Assembly: GCA_035569955.1 (NCBI GenBank)
Contig: DATMLZ010000006.1
Span: 1 to 60,243 of the forward strand
DNA: 60,243 bases
DNA from: Candidatus Acidiferrum sp.
Lineage (GTDB): Bacteria > Acidobacteriota > Terriglobia > Acidiferrales > UBA7541
Reading direction: 5' to 3'
In this document: in pieces, positions 1-9,548 of the stretch
How positions within the stretch are numbered: position 1 is the first letter of the stretch
How the letters are laid out: every line of letters starts with the position of its first letter
The notes under the pieces: model-generated
Database searches by the model: none
Seen by the model: the letters and a program-made list of their open reading frames with translations, nothing else
What the model was told of the DNA's origin: nothing
Program-made: the position numbers and the translations under genes

Positions 1-883
1 GATTCAACGCGTCAGAAAGTTCCGGCCACAAGGCGCGCCCCTCCACGCCGAACGTCGCAAGTCGGACATGCCCCTGCGTGATCAAATCTTCCGCCACGCG
101 GCGGGCCGTGTTGACCGGAATCGCGAAACCGATTCCGGCCGACGTTTCGGTGGGCGAAAAGATCGCGCTATCGATGCCGATCACTTGCCCGCGTGAATCG
201 AGCAGCGGTCCGCCCGAATTGCCGCGATTGATCGCCGCGTCGGTCTGGATCGCCTGATCAATGAACGTGGTATCACCGGTCTGCACCGTGCGGCCGAGTG
301 CGCTCACGACGCCCGTTGTCAGCGTACTCTGAAAACCAAAGGGATTACCGATCGCGAGGACGCGCTGCCCGACTTGCAAGCCGGTCGAATCGCCCAGCGT
401 CAGCGGTGTGAGTTTGTGTCCCGCGGGATCGATTTTGATCAGCGCGATATCGTTGCGCGTATCGGCGCCGATGAATTTGGCTTTGTAACGCGTTTGGTCC
501 GCGCCGCCGAACGTGACTTCAATCGTCTGTGCGCCATCGACCACGTGATTGTTCGTGAGGATGTGACCGTCGGTGTCGATCAGAAATCCGGAGCCGGCGC
601 CTTCGGTCGGTACGGCGCCGTAAAAGAAGTCGTACTCGACCGCGCGGGTCACGATATTCGCCACGGCCGGCGCTGCCTGCCGATAGATACGCACATTCTC
701 GGCTTCGATCGGTTCGAGGTTCGCGGCCGTCGCCTCGGCAGGCGTGCGCAGCGCCTCGACCGTCGTCGGTGGCTTCTGGCCGTAACGCGAGCCAACCCAA
801 TACGAACCGAGTCCTATGATCAATCCGATCACGACCAGGCGCAGCGCATTGCGCCCATTATGCGGCTGCAACATATGGCCCAT
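1..883 (-). CDS. HtrA/DegP-family trypsin-like serine protease (N-terminal anchor plus protease domain; the C-terminal part runs off the window start)
   Basis: Not in the ORF track because there is no stop inside the window. Read by eye on the minus strand from ATG at 881-883: MGHMLQPHNGRNALRLVVIGLIIGLGSYWVG (TM anchor). Then DGHILTNNHVV, NDIALIKI and GNSGGPLLDSRGQVIGI form the His/Asp/Ser triad context of S1C proteases. The frame stays open to position 1. Confidence 0.85.
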   Translation of the reverse strand, partial: MGHMLQPHNGRNALRLVVIGLIIGLGSYWVGSRYGQKPPTTVEALRTPAEATAANLEPIEAENVRIYRQAAPAVANIVTRAVEYDFFYGAVPTEGAGSGFLIDTDGHILTNNHVVDGAQTIEVTFGGADQTRYKAKFIGADTRNDIALIKIDPAGHKLTPLTLGDSTGLQVGQRVLAIGNPFGFQSTLTTGVVSALGRTVQTGDTTFIDQAIQTDAAINRGNSGGPLLDSRGQVIGIDSAIFSPTETSAGIGFAIPVNTARRVAEDLITQGHVRLATFGVEGRALWPELSDALN

Positions 884-952
884 CCTTCCCTTCTCGTCCT
901 AACGAAGGCTGCCCGACGGTAACGGCTGCTTGAATAGTTGTACGTATTTGCT

Positions 953-1573
953 TCAGGAAATGTTGCGGCCGGAGCCAGCCGCGTGCCGGAGCGTCTCGAG
1001 CAGCCTGTCCACCTGCTGTTCAGTTTCTGACAACGTCCCGGAACAGTCAATTGTGTCGTCGGCAGCGCGCCGCTTCTCGTCGGCCGGCATCTGCGCCGCC
1101 AGCCGTTGCCGGGCCTGCTCGCGGGAAAGTCCTCGGGCCATTAGACGCTCGACTTGCTGTTCCGGCGTGCTCCAGCAGACCACCAGCCGGTCAAGCGTGG
1201 GCCGGTAGCCCGCCTCAACAAGCAGGGCTGCTTCGACAAACGCGAAATCCGGGCCGCCAGCGCGGTCGAGTGAAGCAAACCAGCGTTGCACGGCATCGAG
1301 AATTTTCGGATGAAGAATGTGGTTCAGCGCCGCGAGCTTTTGCGGTTCGCGAAACACGATCGCCCCCAGTTTCTTGCGATCGACGACGGCATCCGGCGCA
1401 AGCACCGCGTCGCCGAACTCTCGCACGATTTCGTGGTAGGCGGCTTCCCCTGGCCGCATCAGATCGTGCCCCAGCGAATCGGCATCGAGCACCGCGCATC
1501 CGCGGTCTCCCAGCAGCGCCGCGACGGTCGATTTGCCCGAAGCGATTCCGCCCGTAAGGCCGACGCGCAGCAT
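953..1573 (-). CDS. coaE: dephospho-CoA kinase
   Basis: 206-aa ORF. N-terminal P-loop GLTGGIASGKST and typical CoaE length and layout. Its ATG shares one nucleotide with the folD stop (TGATG). Confidence 0.9.
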   Translation of the reverse strand: MLRVGLTGGIASGKSTVAALLGDRGCAVLDADSLGHDLMRPGEAAYHEIVREFGDAVLAPDAVVDRKKLGAIVFREPQKLAALNHILHPKILDAVQRWFASLDRAGGPDFAFVEAALLVEAGYRPTLDRLVVCWSTPEQQVERLMARGLSREQARQRLAAQMPADEKRRAADDTIDCSGTLSETEQQVDRLLETLRHAAGSGRNIS

Positions 1574-2562
1574 CAGTTCTTTCCGGCAGCCCCGGCCAGC
1601 TGAATTTTCCGTCGCATCCGCGCGGCACGCACGGTGTTGCTCATGAGCATCGCGATCGTCAGCGGACCGACACCTCCCGGCACTGGCGTGATCGCGCCGG
1701 CCACTTCGGCGACTTCCGGATGAACGTCCCCGACCAGCACGGAGCCTTTGGTGCGAAACGACTCGAGCTTTGTGGGGAAATTCGCGAAGATTTTTTCGGC
1801 TTCCGCAGCGTCTTTCACGACGATCTGACCGACGTCGATCACAGCGGCGCCGGGACGTACGAAATCCGGAGTTACCATCGCAGCGCGTCCAATCGCAGCC
1901 ACCAAAATATCCGCGCGGCGCGCGATCGCGGGCAAATCGCGGCTCTTCGAGTGGCAGACCGTGACGGTTGCATTCGCGTGCAGCAGAAGCAGCGCCATCG
2001 GCTTGCCGACGATATCGCTGCGCCCGATCACCACTGCGTTGGCGCCCTCGATGGGAATTCCGCTGCGCCCCAGAATCTCCATCACACCGGCCGGAGTGCA
2101 GGCCACAAGTCCCGGCTTCCCGGCGACAAGATTGCCTACGTTCACCGGATGGAACCCGTCCACATCCTTCGCGGGCGAAACAGCTTCGAGAATTTTTTTC
2201 GAGTCGATACCGCGCGGCAAAGGCATCTGCACCAGGATGCCGTCCACTTCTTCGCGCTCATTCAACTCGCCCACCAACGCGAGCAATTCTTCGGTCGATA
2301 TTGTGGCTGGTGGTGTGATGTGAAAGCTGGCGAGGCCCAGTTTTTCGCATGCGGCGATCTTGCTCGTCACATAGAGCTTCGAGGCCGGATCGTCTCCCAC
2401 GCGCACAGCCGCCAGTCCCGGCCGCACGCCCTGCGCTGCGAGCGCGGCGATTTCACCGGCGAGTTCGCCGTAAATTTGGTCGCGAATCACGTTGCCGTTC
2501 AGAATCCGTGCGGACAAAATCGCCTCCCGATTTGCACGAGCGCGCTGCGAAACCGCCATCAT
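1573..2562 (-). CDS. folD: bifunctional methylenetetrahydrofolate dehydrogenase / methenyl-THF cyclohydrolase
   Basis: ORF 1573..2661. The conserved FolD body starts near MMAVSQ (ATG at 2562). Motifs seen: VGDDPAS..YV, GRSDIVGKPMA, TPVPGGVGPLT. It carries an extra ~25-aa segment (VKDAAEAEKIFANFPTKLESFRTKG) just before the usual LVGDV. The start codon choice is an inference. Confidence 0.9.
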   Translation of the reverse strand: MMAVSQRARANREAILSARILNGNVIRDQIYGELAGEIAALAAQGVRPGLAAVRVGDDPASKLYVTSKIAACEKLGLASFHITPPATISTEELLALVGELNEREEVDGILVQMPLPRGIDSKKILEAVSPAKDVDGFHPVNVGNLVAGKPGLVACTPAGVMEILGRSGIPIEGANAVVIGRSDIVGKPMALLLLHANATVTVCHSKSRDLPAIARRADILVAAIGRAAMVTPDFVRPGAAVIDVGQIVVKDAAEAEKIFANFPTKLESFRTKGSVLVGDVHPEVAEVAGAITPVPGGVGPLTIAMLMSNTVRAARMRRKIQLAGAAGKN

Positions 2563-2628
2563 AGCACGCGCTCTGGGCAGCCCCTTGAGCGGGCGTATAC
2601 TGGGTTTTGGTTTTTCCCAGGTGCATCG

Positions 2629-3243
2629 ATGATCTTTGGCGAATTCACGGAACGCAAGCAACTCGAACGCGCCATGCGTGACGCCGGCCGTTTGCCTCCC
2701 GGCCAGTCCCTCACGCTGAAGTGGCCCGTTCTACACGTTGGCGACGTTCCGCGCTTTGATGCCGAGCGCTGGGATTTCAAGATCGAAGGCCTGGTCGAAG
2801 AGCCCGCGCGGCTCACGTGGGTGCAGTTGATGCACCTGCCGATGGTGGGAATTACGGCGGACATGCACTGCGTCACGCGCTGGAGCCGCTTCGATGTCGA
2901 CTGGGAGGGCGTGCCGTTTCTTGAAGTGTCCAAGCTCGTGAAGCTGAAGCCCGAAGCGAAGCACGCGCTGATTCTTGCCGATCATGGCTACACATCAAAT
3001 GTCCCGCTCGAAGACCTGATGCGCCCCACAACGCTTTTCGCGCTGAAACACAACGGAGAGCCGCTGCCCGGCGACCACGGCTATCCGCTTCGGCTCGTTG
3101 TGCCTCATCTGTATGCCTGGAAGAGTGTGAAGTGGGTGCGCGGCGTGCGCTTCATGGCCGAAGCCGTGCCCGGGTTTTGGGAAGAAAACGGCTATCACAT
3201 CTACGGCGACCCGTTCAAAGAGCAGCGCTTCACCGATGACTAG
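2629..3243 (+). CDS. small sulfite-oxidase-family molybdopterin-binding oxidoreductase (no signal peptide)
   Basis: This is the C-terminal 204 aa of ORF 1720..3243, starting at ATG 2629. Key stretch: HCVTRWSRFDVDWEGVPF ... NGEPLPGDHGYPLRLVVPHLYAWKSVKWV, typical of the Mo-co oxidoreductase fold. The upstream part of the ORF is antisense to folD. Confidence 0.75.
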   Translation: MIFGEFTERKQLERAMRDAGRLPPGQSLTLKWPVLHVGDVPRFDAERWDFKIEGLVEEPARLTWVQLMHLPMVGITADMHCVTRWSRFDVDWEGVPFLEVSKLVKLKPEAKHALILADHGYTSNVPLEDLMRPTTLFALKHNGEPLPGDHGYPLRLVVPHLYAWKSVKWVRGVRFMAEAVPGFWEENGYHIYGDPFKEQRFTDD

Positions 3244-3256
3244 TCGAAACGGTCGT

Positions 3257-4219
3257 CTACGAACTCCCAATCCAAATCCCAATAATAAAGACCGCGGTTC
3301 CGCCCACGATCACCTGCATCGCCGATGAAAGCAGCGGCGTATCCATATAGCGGTGCCGGACGTAGCTGATAATTGCGAGCTCAACCGCGACCACGAGCAC
3401 TGCTACGATAAAGGCAACGTGAAAACTCGAAATCAAGAACGGCAGCGTGTGTCCCAGGCCGCCCGCGGCGGTCATCGCACCGGTAACGAGCCCGCGAAAG
3501 AGCGGCTTGCCGCGGCCGGTCAGCGAACCGTCGTCGGAGAGCGCCTCGGCAAACGCCATCGAAATTCCCGCGCCGAGTGACGCGGCAAGTCCCACCAAAA
3601 ACGCCGCGTGGGTTTGGCGCGTGGCAAACGCCGCCGCAAAAATCGGCGCGAGCGTCGAGACCGATCCGTCCATCAAGCCCGCGAGGCCGGGCTGGATCAC
3701 CTGCAGCATGAAAAGCCGACGCTGCGAATTCTCCTCTTGGACGCGCGCTTCACCGGTCAGGTGTTTTTCCTCAAGCGTCTCGGCAAACGCCGAATGCTGC
3801 CTTTCGATTTCCACCAGATCGCTTAAAAGTTTACGCGTCGGCGCGTCGGTGATGCGGCTGAGCGCGCGTTCGTAAAACCGGCGCGTCTCCAGTTCCATGA
3901 TGCTCACCTGCTTCCGCACCGTTTTGATTCCCAAAGGGCGCACCAGCCACACGGGCTTGCGCTCGACAAATCCGCGCACGTCCTGCGCACGCACGAGCGG
4001 CAGATGATCGCCGAAGCGCTTCTGGTACATGTCGAGCAGGCTCTGGCTGTGCCTGCGCTCCTCGATTTGCATCTCTTCGAAAATTTTTGCCGTCGAGGGA
4101 TAGCTTTCGCGCAATCCGTCGGCAAAATCGCCGTAAATGCGGCTGTCTTCCTCCTCCAGCTGGACGGCCAATGCGAGGATTTCGCGTTCGGTGAGGTCTT
4201 TGAAGTTCTTTTTGGGCAT
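3257..4219 (-). CDS. mbfA: MbfA-type iron exporter: N-terminal erythrin/ferritin-like domain fused to a VIT1/CCC1 membrane domain
   Basis: Last 320 aa of ORF 3257..5746, starting at ATG 4219 (MPKKNFKDLTEREILALAVQLEEEDSRIYGDF...EERRH). These are di-iron ExxH-type motifs, followed by Gly/Ala-rich TM helices typical of VIT1. The rest of the long ORF is antisense to the genes at 4388-6313. Confidence 0.7.
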   Translation of the reverse strand: MPKKNFKDLTEREILALAVQLEEEDSRIYGDFADGLRESYPSTAKIFEEMQIEERRHSQSLLDMYQKRFGDHLPLVRAQDVRGFVERKPVWLVRPLGIKTVRKQVSIMELETRRFYERALSRITDAPTRKLLSDLVEIERQHSAFAETLEEKHLTGEARVQEENSQRRLFMLQVIQPGLAGLMDGSVSTLAPIFAAAFATRQTHAAFLVGLAASLGAGISMAFAEALSDDGSLTGRGKPLFRGLVTGAMTAAGGLGHTLPFLISSFHVAFIVAVLVVAVELAIISYVRHRYMDTPLLSSAMQVIVGGTAVFIIGIWIGSS

Positions 4220-4387
4220 CGTTCCGAGTATCCTCCCTGAAGAGCGCGTCAGATTGCTGATTATAGCGTCGCAGCGCCGAATTGGGGGCGTGTTCGCGTA
4301 CCCGGCGCTCTTGATTCTTCTTACTTTGGGAGTCCCGACGTTGTCGTTCTGTCTTCGAGAATAAGCAGAGAAGCCCCAGGAGAGAAA

Positions 4388-5290
4388 ATGCAGGAAAACA
4401 TCGGCTTCATCGGTTTGGGCAATATGGGCGAACCTATCGCAGCAAACCTGATCGCCGCGGGCCACTCGTTGAAAGTCTACAATCGCACCGCATCGAAAGC
4501 CGAGCCGCTGAAGGCCAAGGGGGCGACTATCGTCGCGACCGCGGCTGAGGTCGCAACTCCCGGCGGCATCGTCTTTACGATGCTTGCCGATGATCGCGCG
4601 CTCGACCAAGTCTGCACCGCGGAAGCCTCCTTCGTCGAAACACTCGGCCATGGCGGCGTTCACGTCTCGCTCAGCACCATCGCGCCCGCGACGGCCAAGC
4701 ACCTCGCGGAGCATCACCGCAAGCATGGCGTCGATTACGTCGGCTCGCCCGTGTTCGGCCGCCCGGAAGCCGCGGCCGCAAAGCGCCTGTGGATTTGCGA
4801 CTCCGGCCCCGCCGCGGCGCGCGAACGCGTTCGTCCGTTGCTCGCCGCGATCGGCCAGCGTACTTACGAATTTGGCGATGATCCCGCAGCCGCGCACGTC
4901 GTGAAGCTCTGCGGCAACTTCATGATCGCGGCAGCACTCGAAGCGCTGGCCGAAACGTTCGCGCTCGCCGAAAAGAACGGTGTCGACCCGGCGGCCGTCT
5001 CGCAAATGATGGGCGAAACGCTCTTTGCGTGTCCGATCTATCAGATTTACAGCAAGCTCATCGTCGACGGCCAATTCGAAGACGCGAAATTCCGCCTCGC
5101 GCTCGGCCTGAAAGACATGAGTCTTGTGGCGCAAACCGCGGCGGCCAGCAATATGCCCATGCCGCTGGTGAGCTTGGTCCGCGATCGCTTGCTTGCGTCG
5201 ACCGCCAAAGGACGCGCCGATTGGGATTGGACCGCTCTCGCGCTGGATGTGGCCGAAAATTCCGGCTTGCGCAAGGCCGCAGCGCGCTAG
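4388..5290 (+). CDS. NAD(P)-dependent oxidoreductase, 3-hydroxyisobutyrate / 6-phosphogluconate dehydrogenase-like family
   Basis: N-terminal Rossmann motif IGFIGLGNMGEPIAANL. About 300 aa, with the HIBADH-like C-terminal helical domain. Confidence 0.8.
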   Translation: MQENIGFIGLGNMGEPIAANLIAAGHSLKVYNRTASKAEPLKAKGATIVATAAEVATPGGIVFTMLADDRALDQVCTAEASFVETLGHGGVHVSLSTIAPATAKHLAEHHRKHGVDYVGSPVFGRPEAAAAKRLWICDSGPAAARERVRPLLAAIGQRTYEFGDDPAAAHVVKLCGNFMIAAALEALAETFALAEKNGVDPAAVSQMMGETLFACPIYQIYSKLIVDGQFEDAKFRLALGLKDMSLVAQTAAASNMPMPLVSLVRDRLLASTAKGRADWDWTALALDVAENSGLRKAAAR

Positions 5291-5311
5291 CTCGATAGAG
5301 GTCGCAACAAA

Positions 5312-6313
5312 ATGAAAGCCTGCCTGCTGCGCGCGCCCGCCGACATTCGCTCGAATCCGCTCGTCTACGCCGACGCGCCCGATCCCGTGCCCGGTCGCGG
5401 CGAAGTGCTTGTCCGCGTGAAGACCTGCGGCGTATGCCGCACCGATCTTCACGTGATCGAAGGCGAACTCACGCCGCGCAAGTCGCCTGTCATTCCGGGA
5501 CATCAGATCGTCGGTGACATCGCGGAGCTCGGCGAAGGAGCGCTTCGTTTTCCACTTGGCACGCGCGTCGGCGTTCCGTGGCTGCATCACGCAGACGGCA
5601 CTTGCGAATACTGCCGCGCTGGTGCGGAAAATCTTTGCGACAACCTTTCCTTCACCGGCTGGACGGTTGACGGTGGCTATGCCGAATACGCGCTCGCGCC
5701 GGAGGATTTCGTCTACGCAATTCCAGACAGTTTTGCCAACGAACAAGCCGCGCCGCTGCTGTGCGCCGGGATTATCGGCTTTCGTTCGCTGCGTCTTTCA
5801 GGCGTCCGCAAAGGCTCGCGGCTTGCTTTCTACGGCTTTGGTTCGGCCGCGCACGTCGCGATCCAGGTCGCGCGGCATTGGGGCGTGGAAGTGTATGCCG
5901 CCACGCGCGGCGAAAAGCACCAAGGGCTTGCGCGCAAACTCGGCGCCGTCTGGGCTGGCGAAGCGACAGCCGAACCGCCGGCAAAACTCGACGCGGCGAT
6001 TATTTTCGCCCCGGCCGGCGAACTGGTCCCGCCCGCGCTCAAAGCTTTGAAAAAGGGCGGGGTCCTGGTACTCGGCGGCATTCACATGAGCCCGATTCCG
6101 ACGTTCGATTACGATCTGCTGTATCAGGAAAGAGTGATTCGCAGCGTGGCCAACAACACTCGGCAAGACGGGGAGGATTTTTTGCGCGTCGCCGAGGAAA
6201 TTCCCATTCGTTCGCAGGTCCAGGTGTTTCCGCTGGGTGAAGCCAATCGCGCGCTCAATGACCTGAAGGCCGACCGCATCAACGGTTCGGCCGTGCTCGA
6301 CTGCACCGTCTAG
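5312..6313 (+). CDS. zinc-dependent alcohol dehydrogenase family protein
   Basis: [18 protein letters not shown] and [12 protein letters not shown] (structural Zn Cys cluster), then the GFGSAAH Rossmann segment. Sits 21 nt after the previous gene. Confidence 0.85.
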   Translation: MKACLLRAPADIRSNPLVYADAPDPVPGRGEVLVRVKTCGVCRTDLHVIEGELTPRKSPVIPGHQIVGDIAELGEGALRFPLGTRVGVPWLHHADGTCEYCRAGAENLCDNLSFTGWTVDGGYAEYALAPEDFVYAIPDSFANEQAAPLLCAGIIGFRSLRLSGVRKGSRLAFYGFGSAAHVAIQVARHWGVEVYAATRGEKHQGLARKLGAVWAGEATAEPPAKLDAAIIFAPAGELVPPALKALKKGGVLVLGGIHMSPIPTFDYDLLYQERVIRSVANNTRQDGEDFLRVAEEIPIRSQVQVFPLGEANRALNDLKADRINGSAVLDCTV

Positions 6314-6338
6314 CTGGCCATTTTTCAGCTCGCCAGAT

Positions 6339-7157
6339 TTACTCGATCGGCCGGCTGTCGGCGCCCGGCGCGCCGGCATTCGGCTCATAGCGAATCACGC
6401 CCGAGGCGTCGGTGAAGTAGCTCGACCTCCCCGTCACGCCCGGCGTGACAGGAGTTGCGGTCACGGTGAATCCCGCTGAGCCTCCCGCGACGCTGCAGCC
6501 TGAAGCAGGCGCTTTCGGCGGAGACGAAGTGGAATCGCTCGCGATCAGTCGATAGGTAAAGACGTACCCATTCTTTTGCCCCGAAGCGAGCTCGCCGTCG
6601 ATCAATCCCGCGTGATCGCAGCCTGTTGTGCCGAGGCCGCCCAAAGTGTCGAGGCTCGGCGGAAACCCGTTTCCGTAGGCGGTGTTGTACGAAACGGCCG
6701 CCATATCGATCTCGCGCAGGGAACCGACGGCCGAGGCCTGATTCGCTTTCAGCCGGGAATCGACAAGATTCGGAATCGCAATCGCCGCGATGATCAGGAT
6801 AAAGGGTAGCGAAACCACGCCGAGGTAGCCGAGTATCAGACCGGTCACCGCGATTCCGTGGCCTTTCAGCCGCCCCGCTGATTTCTTGATATCGGAAAGC
6901 GCCAGGTGGCCGAGCACGATCGCGATGATTGCTGGGATGAAGAAGAAGAAAAGAAAGCTGAAAAGCAGGCTGGCTACGGCTTTTCCGCTGGTCGTTGGAG
7001 GCGGCACGAATCCGCCCGGCGCTACCGGAGCCGGCGCAACGCCGCCAGCTGGCGCCGCCGGAGGAAGGGTCGCAGCCAACGGCAGCGCCGTTCCGCACCG
7101 CGAACAAAACTTTCCGTTGTCGGCATTCAGCGTCCCGCACTGGTTGCAGACCATCAC
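6339..7157 (-). CDS. zinc-ribbon / two-TM anchor (DUF4190-like) / type IV pilin-like domain fusion protein
   Basis: CNQCGTLNADNGKFCSRCG zinc ribbon and a Pro/Ala linker. Hydrophobic helices end in IIAAIAIPNLVDSRLKANQASAVGSLREI, which is the type IV pilin alpha1 consensus, but there is no prepilin cleavage site. Confidence 0.6.
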   Translation of the reverse strand: MMVCNQCGTLNADNGKFCSRCGTALPLAATLPPAAPAGGVAPAPVAPGGFVPPPTTSGKAVASLLFSFLFFFFIPAIIAIVLGHLALSDIKKSAGRLKGHGIAVTGLILGYLGVVSLPFILIIAAIAIPNLVDSRLKANQASAVGSLREIDMAAVSYNTAYGNGFPPSLDTLGGLGTTGCDHAGLIDGELASGQKNGYVFTYRLIASDSTSSPPKAPASGCSVAGGSAGFTVTATPVTPGVTGRSSYFTDASGVIRYEPNAGAPGADSRPIE

Positions 7158-7270
7158 ATTCCTCCGACCGTATTTCTAGACGGTGAAAGCCTAGTTATCG
7201 CTTCCGTGCCGCAATGTCAACGAATCGCTCCGCACCGTTGCGAAAGCCCCTCGCTCAGGCCACAATATTT

Positions 7271-8722
7271 ATGCGCATGCCCGCCTCAGACACCGTAGTC
7301 ATTATTCTCGCCGCCGGCAAAGGAACGCGCATGCGTTCCGAACAGGCCAAAGTGCTTCATCGCGCCGGCGGTCTGCCCCTGCTCGAACATGTCGTCCGCG
7401 CCTGCCGCCGCCTGAAGCCGGCGCAGATCGTCGCCGTCGTCGGACATCAGGCCGAGGAAGTGGCCACGGTCGCCGCCAGTCTCGGGGCGCAAACTGTGCT
7501 CCAAAAGCCGCAGCGCGGCACCGGCCATGCAGTGCAGATCGCGCGCCGCGCGATTCGCAGCGGAGCGAAACTTGCCCTCGTCACGCCGGGCGACGCGCCG
7601 ATGCTTCGCACCGAGACGCTCAAATCGCTGATCGATACGCACCGTCGCGGCGAGGCTGCGGCTACGCTCCTCAGCGCCGAACTCGATGATCCTCGCGAAT
7701 ACGGGCGCGTCATTCGCGATTCGGAAGGCCGCGTTCAAGCCATTGTCGAAGAAAAGAGCGCGACGCCGGAGCAGAAGGCGGTTCGCGAAGTCAACGCCAG
7801 CATTTATTGTTTCACGCTCGCCAAGCTGTGGCCCGTTCTAAATCAGCTTCGGCCCGAAAACGCGCATCGCGAACTCTACCTCACCGACGCGATCGGCTTG
7901 CTGCGCGAAAAGAACGAGCGCGTGCTGGCCGTCGTCGCGCCCGATCCGCGCGAGATTTTCGGCTGCAATACGCGCGCGCAGCTTGCAGAGATCGACCAAC
8001 TTCTCCGCGCCCGCAAGGCGGCGCAAATCATGGAAGCCGGCGCGACGATCTATTTTCCGCACACGGTTACGATCGACCCCGACGTCACCGTTGGCACCGA
8101 TACCTTGATCGAACCCAACGTGCAGCTTCTTGGCAAGACCGCCATCGGCGCGCGCTGTGTGATTCGAACCGGCAGCATCTTGAACGATGTGCGTATCGAC
8201 GACGGCGTGCAGATCAATTCGCACTCCATTCTCGAATCGAGCCGCGTGGGACCCGACGCGATCGTCGGACCGCTCGCGCGCCTGCGTCCCGGCACCGAGC
8301 TTCGCGCGACTGCGCACGTCGGAAATTTCGTCGAAGTCAAAAATTCCGTGCTGCACGAAGGCGTGAAGGCGAATCACCTCACTTACCTGGGAGACGCGTC
8401 GGTCGGCCGAGGCACGAATATCGGCGCGGGCACGATCACCTGTAATTACGACGGCGTCATGAAGCACAAAACCACCATCGGCGAAAACGTTTTCGTCGGC
8501 AGTGACTCTGCTCTCGTTGCTCCTGTGCGAATCGGCAAAGGCGCCTATGTCGCCGCGGGCTCAATCATCACGGAAAATGTCCCGCCCGATGCTCTGGCCG
8601 TCGCGCGCGGCCGCCAGGTCAACAAAAAGGGCTGGGCGAAGGCGAAGCGCGCCGAAATGGCTCGCGCCAAAGCCGGCAAATCAAAACCCACCAAGAGACC
8701 AAAGACCAAAAAGAGCAGCTAG
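7271..8722 (+). CDS. glmU: bifunctional UDP-N-acetylglucosamine diphosphorylase / glucosamine-1-phosphate N-acetyltransferase
   Basis: ORF 7214..8722; the likely start is ATG 7271 ([21 protein letters not shown], the LAAGKGTRM signature). C-terminal left-handed beta-helix hexapeptide repeats. Unusual Lys-rich tail [32 protein letters not shown]. Confidence 0.9.
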   Translation: MRMPASDTVVIILAAGKGTRMRSEQAKVLHRAGGLPLLEHVVRACRRLKPAQIVAVVGHQAEEVATVAASLGAQTVLQKPQRGTGHAVQIARRAIRSGAKLALVTPGDAPMLRTETLKSLIDTHRRGEAAATLLSAELDDPREYGRVIRDSEGRVQAIVEEKSATPEQKAVREVNASIYCFTLAKLWPVLNQLRPENAHRELYLTDAIGLLREKNERVLAVVAPDPREIFGCNTRAQLAEIDQLLRARKAAQIMEAGATIYFPHTVTIDPDVTVGTDTLIEPNVQLLGKTAIGARCVIRTGSILNDVRIDDGVQINSHSILESSRVGPDAIVGPLARLRPGTELRATAHVGNFVEVKNSVLHEGVKANHLTYLGDASVGRGTNIGAGTITCNYDGVMKHKTTIGENVFVGSDSALVAPVRIGKGAYVAAGSIITENVPPDALAVARGRQVNKKGWAKAKRAEMARAKAGKSKPTKRPKTKKSS

Positions 8723-8777
8723 CCCCCGCGTTGCGGTGCCACAACGCGCGCATGATAGAATGTCATCGGAGCGTGCG

Positions 8778-9509
8778 ATGAAATTCGGCGTTGTGGTCTT
8801 TCCCGGCTCAAACTGCGATGACGACGCGCACTATGCGATCGGCGAAATCGTCGGGCAGCCGGTCGAGTTCATCTGGCACCAGAGCGAGCATCTTTCCGGC
8901 CTGGACGCCGTCCTCCTACCGGGTGGATTTTCTTACGGCGACTACCTGCGCACTGGCGCGATTGCAAAGTTTTCTCCCGTGATGCGCGCGGTCGAAAAAT
9001 TCGCGCGTTCCGGAGGCCTTGTTCTCGGCGTTTGCAACGGCTTCCAAATCCTGGTTGAAGCGGGACTTCTTCCCGGCGCGCTAATGCGCAATCGGCGCCT
9101 GCGTTTTCTGTGTCGTCAGGTTCATATCCGGGTCGAGAACACGGACACTCCTTTTACCGGCGCCGCCCGGCAGGGCGAAATACTCCAGCTGCCGATCGCA
9201 CACGGTGAAGGGAGTTATTTCTGTGATCCGGCGACGCTCGACGATCTGGAACGCAGCCGGCAGATTTTGTTTCGCTACGTTCATCCCGATGGGCGCGACG
9301 CCGGAGAAAACGATTTCGAAGCCAACCCGAACGGTTCACTCGCCGCGATTGCCGGCATCTGCAATCGCGAAGGAAACGTCGCCGGGCTGATGCCGCATCC
9401 GGAGCGCGCCGTTGAAGCCGGGCTCGGCTCGGTCGATGGGCGAGTCATTTTGCGCTCGATGGTTGAATATCTTTCGAAAGATCGTGCCGCCGTGCGAGTC
9501 TCGGCTTGA
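8778..9509 (+). CDS. purQ: phosphoribosylformylglycinamidine synthase, glutaminase subunit
   Basis: Starts [16 protein letters not shown]. Also [19 protein letters not shown] (catalytic Cys) and MPHPER. The upstream part of ORF 8502.. overlaps the glmU tail in another frame. Confidence 0.9.
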   Translation: MKFGVVVFPGSNCDDDAHYAIGEIVGQPVEFIWHQSEHLSGLDAVLLPGGFSYGDYLRTGAIAKFSPVMRAVEKFARSGGLVLGVCNGFQILVEAGLLPGALMRNRRLRFLCRQVHIRVENTDTPFTGAARQGEILQLPIAHGEGSYFCDPATLDDLERSRQILFRYVHPDGRDAGENDFEANPNGSLAAIAGICNREGNVAGLMPHPERAVEAGLGSVDGRVILRSMVEYLSKDRAAVRVSA

Positions 9510-9548
9510 TCAGCGCACGGTCTTGTGTCGTGATGTACCTCACTCAGA

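Noticed and set aside
1720-2628. Long upstream part of ORF 1720..3243 (507 aa).
   Set aside because: It is antisense to folD, has an Arg/His/Gly-rich composition typical of out-of-frame GC-rich DNA, and has no motifs. Only the last 204 codons (from ATG 2629) look like a real Mo-co oxidoreductase.
4220-5746. Upstream extension of the 829-aa minus-strand ORF 3257..5746.
   Set aside because: It is antisense to the clearly recognisable dehydrogenase genes at 4388-6313. The real product is the 320-aa erythrin-VIT1 protein starting at 4219.
8502-8777. N-terminal extension of the purQ ORF overlapping the glmU 3' end.
   Set aside because: Conserved PurQ begins at [14 protein letters not shown] (ATG 8778). 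The extension is an out-of-frame reading of the glmU Lys-rich tail.
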